Origin: Bacteroidia bacterium
Lineage (GTDB): Bacteria; Bacteroidota; Bacteroidia; UBA4408
Assembly (NCBI GenBank): GCA_020845635.1
Contig: JADLFI010000030.1
Span: 54,678 to 118,677 of the forward strand
Length of the DNA: 64,000 nucleotides
Direction of reading: 5' to 3'
Shown here: positions 21,501 to 30,522 of the stretch, in pieces
Numbering within the stretch: the stretch's first letter is position 1
Layout: each line of letters opens with the position of its first letter
Notes under the pieces: model-generated
Told to the model about the DNA's origin: nothing
The model's input: only the letters and a program-made list of their open reading frames with translations
Database searches by the model: none
Translations under genes and position numbers: made by a program

Positions 21501-24500
21501 AATGTGTTACCGCATAATCCGGTAGTAGTACTTAAGTTAAAGAATACAGGGTTAGCACAACCTAATGAAGCATCAGCAAAGCCTATTAAAGCAGGGAAAT
21601 CAGCATCAATAGTTAAAGTTACAGTACTTGGTTGAGTTAAGGTAAATTCATACCAATCGGTATCTCTTGTTCCGCTATCGGCCCAAGCTGTACCACAAAT
21701 AACATCACCACATTCAATTGGAGTATAGAAAGGAACAGGCATATTACAACCACCATTTACATCGGCACCACATGCTTCTCCTTCTTGGATTGCACCCGGA
21801 GGGCATACAGTGTTACTGCATGGTGTTGTAAAGATATAAGATGGACTAAATCCAAAAGGAGTAGTTCCACAATCGGTTTGTACCTGAAACTCATATTCTG
21901 TATTGGCTGTTAAGCCGGAAATAGCTAAGGAAGTAGTAGGTGCATTAACGATTGAAGGAGTAACCCATGTAGGTGCAGTTCCAGGATCGGAAACTTCTTT
22001 GTATCTTACTAAATAAACAATAGCATCTGTAATGGAATTCCAATTTAATTGGGCATCAGTTGGGCTAAGGTTAGTTACATTTAAACCGCCCGGATATGCA
22101 CAATAAGGTTCAGGCAAAATATTTAAAGTATAATCTTCTACTTCACCAAATGTTGAAGTACCACAAGGCTCAGGAGTATCGGCATAATTAATTCTGATAC
22201 GCATTCTAGTTTGTCCTAAAGTAGCAGTTACCGGTACATCAATATTAGCGGTGTAAGGACCAACCCCTGGTGTTCCGGTTACAGAAATAGCTTCAAAAGG
22301 ATCATCAAAATCGCCATCCTGATTCCAATCAACCCAAATTCCACATTCATCACTTGCCCAGATTGTTACGCCATTAGTTACTGTAATCGGATAACTTAAT
22401 CCTTGGTTTACGTCAGTTGATAAAGCAGTATAATCAGAATAACCTCCGGAACAAGCACTGGCATTGTTAATAGTGCCTATCTCAACATTACTAATATATT
22501 CATCACAAATACTATTAGAAGCAGGGCAATATACCACATTATTATCAGTTTCAAAGCTTATTTCAGAACAACCCGTAGCAGAGCCATTAGCATTTACCGG
22601 AACAACATACCAATAATATGTTGTACCAAAGTTTAACAATCCCGGACTATAGCTATTTGCTACTTGATTTGTGCTTACTAACGGAGGGTTAGGAGTATCT
22701 CCAAAATAAACATCGTATCCGGTTGGAGGCGTGCCCGGTCCTGGCGACCAAGTTAAAGTAGGGTTAGGATTAACAGCAGTACTTAAATCGGCTGGCGATA
22801 AGTTAATAGCACAGCTCGGTGCATTCGCAGCCGAAATACAACTTACAGTAGCTTCCCACCCCGGTCTGGTAACACTTCCATCACTTCTGAATACAAAGGT
22901 TAAAGCACCGCTAGGATCTGAAGAGGTAACTGTTCCGGGGCTGGTAGTTCCATACCATGAGCCGGCAGGGCAGTTGACCACGTTATTTCCGGCAGGCAAT
23001 GGAGAAGCAATCATTGGGTAGGTGGCATCCGGGCCATTATAAATGACTAAGCCATCCCAGCCGCTTTCTGTTTCAAATGAATTAAAAATTACCTGAATTA
23101 AACTGTTCGGAGAATCAGGATAAATTGTTTTGGTGTAGTTTTCATTGCTTTGATAGTTTCCTGAGCCTGAACCTGAATCATAGAACATGGCATTGCATGT
23201 GTTTTCATCATTATTATTATTCATGATAATAATTGGTCCCGGATCGGTAACACAAATATCAAAAGTTAAAGTAGCAGGATCACCCATGCCAAAATCATAT
23301 ACGCGTACATAATAAGTATTACCCGGAGTAAGTCCACTAACGGTAGCCATTTCGGTGGCTCCTATTCCGGTAGAATTTGAGCAAACCAAGCTGGTTCCGG
23401 CACAAGCATCAAATACCTGAACAACAGGATCGAATGAGGCTGACCCGGTTACTTGAACTAATGCTGTAGTGCTAATGGCTACAAAAGAATACCAAACATC
23501 ATCATTGGCAGTACCAACACAACCGGGAAGCGATTGAGTAGCATTTTCTACACTTCCCGAAACAGGGTTACAAACAACATCTTGAATTATTGAAATGGCA
23601 TTTGAGCACTCATCGTTAGCTGCTACCGCTAAAGGAACACAAGAAAGAGTTCCTACATATCTTGTTTTTCCTGAGGTACAACCATAGGCATCGTCAAAGT
23701 TTGAATGTGACACAAACAGCCACCAAGTACCGGCAGCTAAATTTTGAACGGTTGAGGTTCCTGAGCAATCTCCGGCATTTGACGTAACATTAAAGAAAAC
23801 CGGAGACCCACAACCTGCTGATGCATCAACAAAACCCACATTGGCAGGAAAATCGGCATCAACACTCCATGTAACAGTGCTTGGCTGGCTTAGGGTAAAC
23901 TCAAACCAATCGGTATCTCTTGTAGTTGACGATGACCAAGCAGTACCACAAATAGTTTGACCACAGCTAATAGGTTCATAAGCCGGAACAATCATATTAC
24001 AGCCGCCATTAGCATCAGTACCACAAGCTTCATTTTCCAGAATTGCTCCCGGAGGGCAATCAGTTAATGCGCATGAGGTGTTAAACGTATAACTGAAAGA
24101 GAAACCACTAAAATCACCACCTCCACAATCAACATTTATTTGAACTTCGTAAAGGGTGTTTGGTGTTAGCCCCGATATACTATAATTAGATACTGCAGTA
24201 GGTGTTGGAGTATCCCACGTTGGAACGGTAACAGGTTCAGAAACGGCTTTCCAACGAATTTCATACCCTACTCCTGTAGGTGAGTCATCCCAATCAACAT
24301 CAGCAGTGGAACTGGTAACATTATTAAACAAAATATTAGAAGCAAAAGGACACGAAGGAGCCGGTAAAACTTCAATAGTATAATCTTCAACTTCCCCATA
24401 GGTAGTATTTCCGCATGGGTCTGGTGTGTTTGCAAAAACAATGCGAATACGCATACGAGTAGTTCCTAATAAAGAAGTTCCCGGAGGGGTAATGGTAGTA

Positions 24501-25690
24501 GTATAAGGTCCAACGCCCGGAGATCCAGTAACGGTCATTGATTCATCAGGGTCATCAAAATCTCCATCCTGATTCCAGTCAATCCAAATACCACATTGAT
24601 CAGAAGACCATGGTGCGCCATTAGTTACTGTCATAGGATATGGGGTTAATTGGCTTAATGGAATGGTTATAGCAGTATAATCTGTATAACCACTAACCCC
24701 ACATGCACTCGGGTTTGTAACCCCTGCAATAGATACATCACTAATATATTCATCACAAATAGTTGCCCCTGCAGTACAATAGCATTGTGTTGGAGGATTG
24801 GAAGTTACCATTAAAAAATCTGATGGTACACTAGAAAGACCACATGTAACCAAGCATCGGTAATAAGTGGTTACCGTTTGGTTAGTCATATATGATGGGT
24901 TAGTAGCCCCAATAATTGGCGACCAGCTAACACCGTCAGGTGAACTTTGCCATTGATAGGTTTGTCCAGAACCTGTAGATTGCCCTTGTAATGAAAGAAT
25001 TAAATTCTCGCTCGGGCAAATAGGGTTAATATTAGCTACAGTAACACCGGCTGTGGGTGGATCAACACAAGGAAAACCTCCGATAATCTCAAAATACATA
25101 TTAGGTCGGCTGGTTGATGCAGTAACTGCTCCAGGAGTTGAACAAACATTCGCATTATCTCCTCTGTAATAAACAGCAGAGTTAAAGGAAGTGACTGTTC
25201 TGTTAACTATAGCATTGTTAGTGTAACTGCTGTTGTTAAAACAAGTTTCAATAATTAAATTACTTACTCCATCCCAGTTAAAGGGTGTAAGAAATGTGTG
25301 CATATTGACACCGGCTGTTTCGGTATAACTGGCAATAGTATATACCGAAGTAAGTCCTGCTTCAAAGGCACTTAAGTCGTTAAGCGCAGTTGTGCCAATT
25401 TTAATCTCAAAATTACTGAGAGGAGTTCCTTGGGCTGTAACAACATCAAATCCCAATGCAGTAATATCACCATTAGAAGCTCCGGCAGCGGTAAGCTCGG
25501 CAGCAGTAACTAAAAACTGATGTTTAGCTCCCCAATAAAAGTTACCATAAGGAGCAGGGTAATTGGTGGTAGTGTTTTGGTTTGTACCATTACCAACCTG
25601 AAAGGGTTGTGCCGAAACTACGTTACATAGAAAGGCAAAAACAACCAATAGCACTCCACACTTTGTAAAAAAGTTGTACCTGTTTGTCAT
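18572..25690 (-). CDS. Giant (2372 aa) T9SS-secreted multidomain adhesin-like protein (GEVED, FN3, PPC, CUB, Ig-like x7, PKD, CTD)
   Basis: Signal peptide. Two copies of [GEVED(GEVEDYT)-FN3-PPC-PPC]. A CUB-like domain. Seven ~73-aa Ig-like repeats. PKD (WDFGDGTPWSNTTNPTHTY). T9SS CTD (LYPNPASDVINL...VYFVQI). Confidence 0.85.
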   Translation of the reverse strand: MTNRYNFFTKCGVLLVVFAFLCNVVSAQPFQVGNGTNQNTTTNYPAPYGNFYWGAKHQFLVTAAELTAAGASNGDITALGFDVVTAQGTPLSNFEIKIGTTALNDLSAFEAGLTSVYTIASYTETAGVNMHTFLTPFNWDGVSNLIIETCFNNSSYTNNAIVNRTVTSFNSAVYYRGDNANVCSTPGAVTASTSRPNMYFEIIGGFPCVDPPTAGVTVANINPICPSENLILSLQGQSTGSGQTYQWQSSPDGVSWSPIIGATNPSYMTNQTVTTYYRCLVTCGLSSVPSDFLMVTSNPPTQCYCTAGATICDEYISDVSIAGVTNPSACGVSGYTDYTAITIPLSQLTPYPMTVTNGAPWSSDQCGIWIDWNQDGDFDDPDESMTVTGSPGVGPYTTTITPPGTSLLGTTRMRIRIVFANTPDPCGNTTYGEVEDYTIEVLPAPSCPFASNILFNNVTSSTADVDWDDSPTGVGYEIRWKAVSEPVTVPTWDTPTPTAVSNYSISGLTPNTLYEVQINVDCGGGDFSGFSFSYTFNTSCALTDCPPGAILENEACGTDANGGCNMIVPAYEPISCGQTICGTAWSSSTTRDTDWFEFTLSQPSTVTWSVDADFPANVGFVDASAGCGSPVFFNVTSNAGDCSGTSTVQNLAAGTWWLFVSHSNFDDAYGCTSGKTRYVGTLSCVPLAVAANDECSNAISIIQDVVCNPVSGSVENATQSLPGCVGTANDDVWYSFVAISTTALVQVTGSASFDPVVQVFDACAGTSLVCSNSTGIGATEMATVSGLTPGNTYYVRVYDFGMGDPATLTFDICVTDPGPIIIMNNNNDENTCNAMFYDSGSGSGNYQSNENYTKTIYPDSPNSLIQVIFNSFETESGWDGLVIYNGPDATYPMIASPLPAGNNVVNCPAGSWYGTTSPGTVTSSDPSGALTFVFRSDGSVTRPGWEATVSCISAANAPSCAINLSPADLSTAVNPNPTLTWSPGPGTPPTGYDVYFGDTPNPPLVSTNQVANSYSPGLLNFGTTYYWYVVPVNANGSATGCSEISFETDNNVVYCPASNSICDEYISNVEIGTINNASACSGGYSDYTALSTDVNQGLSYPITVTNGVTIWASDECGIWVDWNQDGDFDDPFEAISVTGTPGVGPYTANIDVPVTATLGQTRMRIRINYADTPEPCGTSTFGEVEDYTLNILPEPYCAYPGGLNVTNLSPTDAQLNWNSITDAIVYLVRYKEVSDPGTAPTWVTPSIVNAPTTSLAISGLTANTEYEFQVQTDCGTTPFGFSPSYIFTTPCSNTVCPPGAIQEGEACGADVNGGCNMPVPFYTPIECGDVICGTAWADSGTRDTDWYEFTLTQPSTVTLTIDADFPALIGFADASLGCANPVFFNLSTTTGLCGNTFTLDNLPPGTWWAFVAVSDFYGYPCGTHNNYVMSIDCTPLTVAANDECTGAIPAIWNATCDPVTGSVENATQSITGCSGTANDDVWYSFVATNTTGIIEVTGSASFDPVIELFDACSGNSLACFDATFGAGTVETGTMSGLTVGNTYYVRIYDAELGIPATTDFTLCIYDIPGAPVNDNCSGAIAVGCNTPINGSTLFATTETGVATCGTTISAPGVWYTVVGNGGQITADLCTGTGYDTKINVFSGDCSALVCVGGNDDFCGLQSQYSWTGVAGTTYYILVQGFGTSVGNFTLTVTTTAPVAPVITANGPLALCNGATVDLTSDISGITWSTGETTQTITVNATGDYSATITDANGCESVSNIISVVSSAPQNPVITSSGSTVCEGDTVTLSVVWNGDISWSPTFESTPDVIVSTPGVYNYTVTITDPGTGCSSTSAVEVVTINETPHAEIIANGSLPICGSGTIDLTASGGDTYLWSDGITTDPVITVSAGSYSCTVTSAAGCTAETPVLVVNSFPAPPTPVITASGSTTFCAGDSVILTSTPAASYNWGAGNMGQSITVTTSGSYFVSTLDTNGCEAISAVEIVTVNPAPVVNITANGPTTFCLGGTVTLTSSEANGNVWSDGTTNQSITVNASGSFYTTVTDTNGCSAVSNAINVTVNAVPVPTISANGPLALCNGSTVDLTSSSQTNNTWSTGSTNQTITVSTAETITVTVTDPVTGCSATSQPIVTTVGAGATPYIIVGGPTIICEGESVQLLSSEISGNTWSNGETTNSIFVTETGIYSVTYTSPGGCTAVSTTVPVVVNPLPSASFTYNAIPGGLTTFTNTSTDFVTSQWDFGDGTPWSNTTNPTHTYMGDGTYTVVLTVGNNCGSITINQQVVIIGTGIESLSDGTSLELYPNPASDVINLSFNGSKTHSLAVRVVNVNGQLVYTDVVNQYSGQYKNQIDLSAAAKGVYFVQIITDNGTINRKVVLR
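19075..20605 (-). repeat. Seven tandem ~220-nt repeats encoding Ig-like (SprB-type) domains
   Basis: Protein repeats follow the pattern PVITASGSTxFCxGDSVxLTS...NxWSDGTTNQSITVxxSGSYxxTVTDxNGCxAVSxxxxVTVN, seven times in a row. Confidence 0.7.
20995..24793 (-). repeat. Intragenic diverged duplication (two ~1.55-kb units about 2.25 kb apart) within the giant adhesin gene
   Basis: Protein blocks of ~518 aa are repeated. DNA is also visibly similar, for example CAAAAGAGTACCAAACATCATCATTGGC at ~21240 versus CAAAAGAATACCAAACATCATCATTGGC at ~23490. Units lie roughly at 20995..22540 and 23236..24793, with a CUB-containing spacer between them. Confidence 0.7.
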
Positions 25691-25696
25691 AATTAA

Positions 25697-26223
25697 TTAT
25701 TTATTTGAATTGTTATTAATATTCATTTGCTTTTCCAAGGTAGCCACCTTATTGTTTATGTCTTCATCAGAGGCTCCACGGGCTTTTAAATCAGCTACTA
25801 ATTTGGCTTTTTTCTTTTCCCATTCAGCTTTTACATTTTCATTGTTAGTGGCCGTTTGGTTGTTGTTAACTTTAGATATGGTTCCAACAGAATTAACAGC
25901 AGAAGTAGAAGGAGCATTTGACTTAACAGTCATTTTTTCTGCTTGTTCTTTTTCAATATTCTGCTTTTTTGTTTCGTTTGCCGACTTGCTCATTCTTTCC
26001 TGAATAGCTTGTTGGCGTTTTAAATCAGCCTCACTTTTTTGGGCTTCTTTAGGAGCCTGATCACTCATTGTAGCAGTCTTTCTGGTACTTGTAGGTACCT
26101 GCTTCTTCTCAGGCTCGGAATTAACTTTATTAGCTTGTGCAAATAAATGTGTTCCCGACAGCCCAAAAATCATTACCATAAGTATCATGGTAATTTTTCT
26201 TAAATTGATAGGTTTGTTTAACA
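25697..26223 (-). CDS. Lys-rich secreted coiled-coil protein, immediately upstream of the giant adhesin gene
   Basis: Track ORF 25697..26329. Preferred start ATG 26223 (MLNKPINLRKITMILMVMIFGLSGTHLFAQA, signal peptide). Mature part is about 16% Lys (EKKQ, TKKQ, EKKKAK) and polar and helical. Its stop is 6 nt before the giant gene start. Confidence 0.55.
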
Positions 26224-26546
26224 TAATTAAATAAAATAGATTGTGGTTTATATAAATTTTGATAGCGCAATTTATGCACAAAATTACTTTTAACAAATAT
26301 TTTTTTTGTTTTCGAAACATCTTTAACATTTAAACGTAATGCTTCTTTTGTATTATTGCAATATAAACAGCTTATACCGTGATTGTTACAAAAAGAAATG
26401 GGGTTATTTTTTCAAACTAAAAAATATTGATTTATTATCCCTAACTTTCAACTTTGCTCATAGTAGAATAATTTTTCTAATTTCGCCACCTTGAAAACAG
26501 AGTATTTAATTTTTCTTTTAATAAAAACACTTATTTAATTTATAAT

Positions 26547-29500
26547 ATGACTTACAAAAAAATTAATACAATTACAGGTTGGGTTGTTTTTGTTGTTGCG
26601 GCTTTTGTTTATCTTTCAACAATTGAGCCAACGGCCAGTTTTTGGGATTGTGGAGAGTACATTGCCACGGCATATAAGTTAGAAGTGGGGCATCCGCCAG
26701 GAGCTCCTTTGTTTAATTTAATTGGTCGATTTTTTACATTATTTTCTGACCAACATGGGGCAGCACGAATGGTTAACTCCATGAGTGCCTTATGTAGTGC
26801 TTTTACTATTTTGTTCTTGTTTTGGTCAATAACGGCTTTTGCTAAAAAAATTGCCTTAAAAGCCGGTGAAATTAATAACGACAAAATTTGGGTGATTATG
26901 GCCAGCGGTATCGTTGGAAGCTTAGCCTATACTTTTTCGGATTCTTTTTGGTTCTCGGCAGTTGAAGGAGAAGTATATGCTATGTCATCGTTTTTTACCG
27001 CTATTGTATTTTGGGCCATATTAAAATGGGACGAGTTGGCAGATGAACCGCATAGCCTACGTTGGATTATCTTAATTGCCTATTTGGTAGGCTTGTCAAT
27101 AGGTGTTCACTTGTTAAATTTATTAGCCATTCCGGCAATTGTATTTGTTTATTATTTTAGACGATATGAGTTTACTCGTAAAGGATTTATTATTACCGCT
27201 TTTATTGCTGTATTTACCTTAGGAATTGTGCAGGCAGGTATTATCCCGGGCATTGTAAAATGGGCTGCTAATTTTGAGTTGTTCTTTGTTAATTTCCTTG
27301 GGTTACCGTTTAATTCAGGAACCATTTTTTATTTCTTAATATTAATTGGTTTATCTGTTTGGGGGCTTTGGTACACACATAAACATAATAAAACAGTCTT
27401 AAACACGGGTATTTTAGCTATTACTATGTTACTGATAGGATATTCTTCCTTCTTTACCTTGGTTATACGCTCACAAGCCAATACCCCTATGGACGAAAAT
27501 AATCCTGAAAATGCCATTAACATGCTGGCCTATCTAACTCGTGAACAATATGGCGACTGGCCAATTGTTTACGGTCAGTACTATAATGCTCCTCTCGACC
27601 AGTCACAACCATACAAAGATGGTAATCCTGTATATACAAAAGATAAAAGAGCAGGTAAGTATGTTATAACGCAGGATAAGAAAAACAGTATCCCGAATTA
27701 CGATAGTCGTTTTAATACCCTTTTCCCACGTATGTATAGCGACCAGAGAAATCATGTAAGCGGATATAAAGATTGGGGTGATGTTAAAGGAACTCCCGTG
27801 AGTTATACTGATTATAACGGAGAATCAAAGACCGTTATGAAACCTACTTTTGGTGAAAACTTAACCTATTTCTTCCGTTATCAAATTGGACACATGTATG
27901 CACGCTATTTTATGTGGAATTTTGCCGGAAGACAGAATGATATACAGGGACATGGTGGGGTACTAAAAGGTAATTGGGTAAGTGGGGTTAAACCATTAGA
28001 TGCATTGCGACTAGGGCCACAAGAAAACATTACTTCCAGCCTAAGCTCTAATAAAGGATACAATCGTTTTTATTTCTTACCGTTGGTTCTAGGTTTAGTT
28101 GGAATGTTTTTTCATTTTAAGAAAGATAAATCAGATGGCTTTGTGGTGTTCTTATTATTCTTCTTAACCGGTTTGGCTATTGTTATTTACCTGAACCAAA
28201 CTCCGTACCAGCCCCGTGAACGTGATTATGCTTATGTAGGCTCTTTCTATGCTTTTGCTATTTGGATAGGTTTGGGCGTATATGCTTTGGCTGATTTGTT
28301 TTCAAAGAAAATATCATTTAAAGGAAGCACCCTGTTAGCTTTTGTTATTGGTATGCTTGCAGCTCCGGTAATTATGGCCAAAGACGGATGGGATGATCAT
28401 GATCGAAGTCACCGCTATACCGCACGCGATTTTGCAGCCAACTACCTTAACTCATGCGCACCTAACGCAATATTATTTACCAATGGCGATAATGATACCT
28501 TCCCGCTATGGTATGCTCAGGAAGTTGAGGGTATAAGAACTGATGTTAGGGTAGTAAATCTTAGCTTATCTAATACCGATTGGTATATTGAACAATTACG
28601 AAGAAAAGCCTACGACTCTGACCCGTTGCCTCTTTCTTTAACCGAAGACCAATACCGTCAGGGAACAAGAGATTATTTGCCGGTATATTATAACCCATCA
28701 ATTATAAAAGATAGCACCAAATACTATAATATTAAACAAATAATGGAGTTTGTTGGTAGCGAAGACCCAAAAGCAAAAATTCAAACCCAAGGTGGCATGG
28801 ATCTAAGCTATCTGCCTACCGAAAAAATAGCTATTCCGGTTGATAAAAATGCAGTAATTAGTAACGGTACCGTTAGCAAAGATAAGGAAGATCAGATATT
28901 AACCGAAATTCCGTGGAAAATTACCAAGAGATATATTATGAAAAACGATTTAATGATTATGGATATAATTGCAAATAATAACTGGAAAAGACCTATTTAT
29001 TTTGCAGTTACTGTAGGCGATGACGCATACTTAAATCTTGAGCCATACTTCCAGTTAGAAGGACTGGCTTATCGCTTGGTGCCTATGAACATGCGTTCAT
29101 CAGACGGACAAACCGGAAAGGTAAACACTGCTCTAATGTTTGAGAATATGATGAATAAGTTTAAATGGGGTGGAATGGGCGAGAAAGATATCTATATGGA
29201 TGAAAATAACCTACGCATGACCATGAACCTTAGAAATAATTTTTCTCGTTTGGCAGATGCTTTAATTTTAGAGGGGAAGAAAGAAGAAGCCAAAAAAGTA
29301 ATGGAAAGGTGTATGACCGAAATGCCTCGCAGAAATGTACCATATAATTATTTTATGCTTCCTTTAGCCGAAACATATTTTAAATTAGAGATGAATAAAG
29401 AAGGCAATGAATTATTGAAAAGCATTGCTGATATTTATGAAGAAGATTTGAATTACTACCTCAGATTTAGTGGTAAACTGTCGGAAAGCATTGACACCGA

Positions 29501-29612
29501 GAAACAACAAGCCATGGCTGTTTTACAAAGAACGGCCCAAGTAGCCCGAATATATAAGCAAGAAGAATTGGCCAAACAATTAGATGAACGCTTGAAGAAA
29601 TTCGGAATATAG
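26547..29612 (+). CDS. DUF2723-family polytopic membrane protein (GT-C fold, PMT/ArnT-like glycosyltransferase) with C-terminal TPR-like region
   Basis: 1021-aa protein. N-terminal region has more than 10 TM helices with FWDCGEY...GHPPGAPLF, typical of DUF2723. The large C-terminal soluble domain is helical. Confidence 0.75.
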   Translation: MTYKKINTITGWVVFVVAAFVYLSTIEPTASFWDCGEYIATAYKLEVGHPPGAPLFNLIGRFFTLFSDQHGAARMVNSMSALCSAFTILFLFWSITAFAKKIALKAGEINNDKIWVIMASGIVGSLAYTFSDSFWFSAVEGEVYAMSSFFTAIVFWAILKWDELADEPHSLRWIILIAYLVGLSIGVHLLNLLAIPAIVFVYYFRRYEFTRKGFIITAFIAVFTLGIVQAGIIPGIVKWAANFELFFVNFLGLPFNSGTIFYFLILIGLSVWGLWYTHKHNKTVLNTGILAITMLLIGYSSFFTLVIRSQANTPMDENNPENAINMLAYLTREQYGDWPIVYGQYYNAPLDQSQPYKDGNPVYTKDKRAGKYVITQDKKNSIPNYDSRFNTLFPRMYSDQRNHVSGYKDWGDVKGTPVSYTDYNGESKTVMKPTFGENLTYFFRYQIGHMYARYFMWNFAGRQNDIQGHGGVLKGNWVSGVKPLDALRLGPQENITSSLSSNKGYNRFYFLPLVLGLVGMFFHFKKDKSDGFVVFLLFFLTGLAIVIYLNQTPYQPRERDYAYVGSFYAFAIWIGLGVYALADLFSKKISFKGSTLLAFVIGMLAAPVIMAKDGWDDHDRSHRYTARDFAANYLNSCAPNAILFTNGDNDTFPLWYAQEVEGIRTDVRVVNLSLSNTDWYIEQLRRKAYDSDPLPLSLTEDQYRQGTRDYLPVYYNPSIIKDSTKYYNIKQIMEFVGSEDPKAKIQTQGGMDLSYLPTEKIAIPVDKNAVISNGTVSKDKEDQILTEIPWKITKRYIMKNDLMIMDIIANNNWKRPIYFAVTVGDDAYLNLEPYFQLEGLAYRLVPMNMRSSDGQTGKVNTALMFENMMNKFKWGGMGEKDIYMDENNLRMTMNLRNNFSRLADALILEGKKEEAKKVMERCMTEMPRRNVPYNYFMLPLAETYFKLEMNKEGNELLKSIADIYEEDLNYYLRFSGKLSESIDTEKQQAMAVLQRTAQVARIYKQEELAKQLDERLKKFGI

Positions 29613-29630
29613 TTAATATTATTTCTTTTC

Positions 29631-29680
29631 AAAAAATCCTCTTTTGATCTGCTTCAGCAGTGTTCAAAGAGGATTTTTTA
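29631..29680. terminator. Bidirectional terminator between convergent genes
   Basis: AAAAAATCCTCTTT...AAAGAGGATTTTTT inverted repeat with an inner hairpin CTGCTTCAGCAG. It overlaps the rsmG stop. Confidence 0.6.
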
Positions 29681-30343
29681 TGGGAAATTTTTAGAATTAT
29701 TGCTACTGATATATACTACTGCTTTTTGTTCAAAAAAGCTTTCCTTGAAAAAATCATTTATGGCAAATACTTTATACTTCATTTTAAGTTCTTTCAACTC
29801 GGCAGTTAAATCACCCCCTTTCAATAACAGCCAACCATTGGGCTTCTCATGAAAATGATGATGGCTTATTAAATGCTTTGTCCAGCCAATCAAATCTGAG
29901 GCAGGAGCCACTGCACGACTCACTACATAATCAAAATGTTCATTTAGCTTTTCAGCTCTGGTGTTCATAACCTTCACGTTTTTTAAACCTAAAGCATCCA
30001 CAACTGCACTAACCACCTGTGTTTTCTTTCCTATACTATCCACTAATATAAAATTACAGTCCGAAAACATTATTGCTAGCGGAATACCCGGAAACCCACC
30101 GCCTGTACCTACATCTAAAATATCAGTGTTAGGTTTAAATTGAATTACTTTAGCAATGGCCAAGCTATGCAGCACATGCCTTTCATACAGTTCATCTATA
30201 TCTTTCCTGGAAATAACATTTATCTTGTTATTCCATTCTTTGTACAAATCGCCAAGCATAGCAAACTGTGCTAGCTGCTGCTGATTTATATTTTTAAAAT
30301 ATTCTTTAATCTTTTCCAAATTCAATTTGTTTTTATAATGCAA
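29678..30343 (-). CDS. rsmG: 16S rRNA (guanine527-N7)-methyltransferase
   Basis: SAM-binding motif DVGTGGGFPGIPLAI and the overall GidB layout. Confidence 0.85.
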   Translation of the reverse strand: MHYKNKLNLEKIKEYFKNINQQQLAQFAMLGDLYKEWNNKINVISRKDIDELYERHVLHSLAIAKVIQFKPNTDILDVGTGGGFPGIPLAIMFSDCNFILVDSIGKKTQVVSAVVDALGLKNVKVMNTRAEKLNEHFDYVVSRAVAPASDLIGWTKHLISHHHFHEKPNGWLLLKGGDLTAELKELKMKYKVFAINDFFKESFFEQKAVVYISSNNSKNFP

Positions 30344-30522
30344 TATTATACAAAACCTACCTTATACCAATTGTCTTTTTTATTTGATTAATAATGAAAG
30401 TTTATTTCCGTACAAAAAGTTTTACGAAACAATTAATTAAATAAAACTAAAAGCATTTGAACATTAAAGTAATAAATATACATTTGTTGAGTTAATAATT
30501 TTAATCAATAATTATATCATTA

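Noticed and set aside
25674-26003. 109-aa plus-strand ORF
   Set aside because: It lies antisense within the Lys-rich secreted protein gene and its product is hydrophobic low-complexity. The minus-strand gene has a convincing signal peptide and operon context.
30344-30522. Possible glycine riboswitch upstream of gcvP
   Set aside because: The leader is AT-rich and lacks the tandem aptamer consensus (GGAGAG...CACCG), so there is no support.
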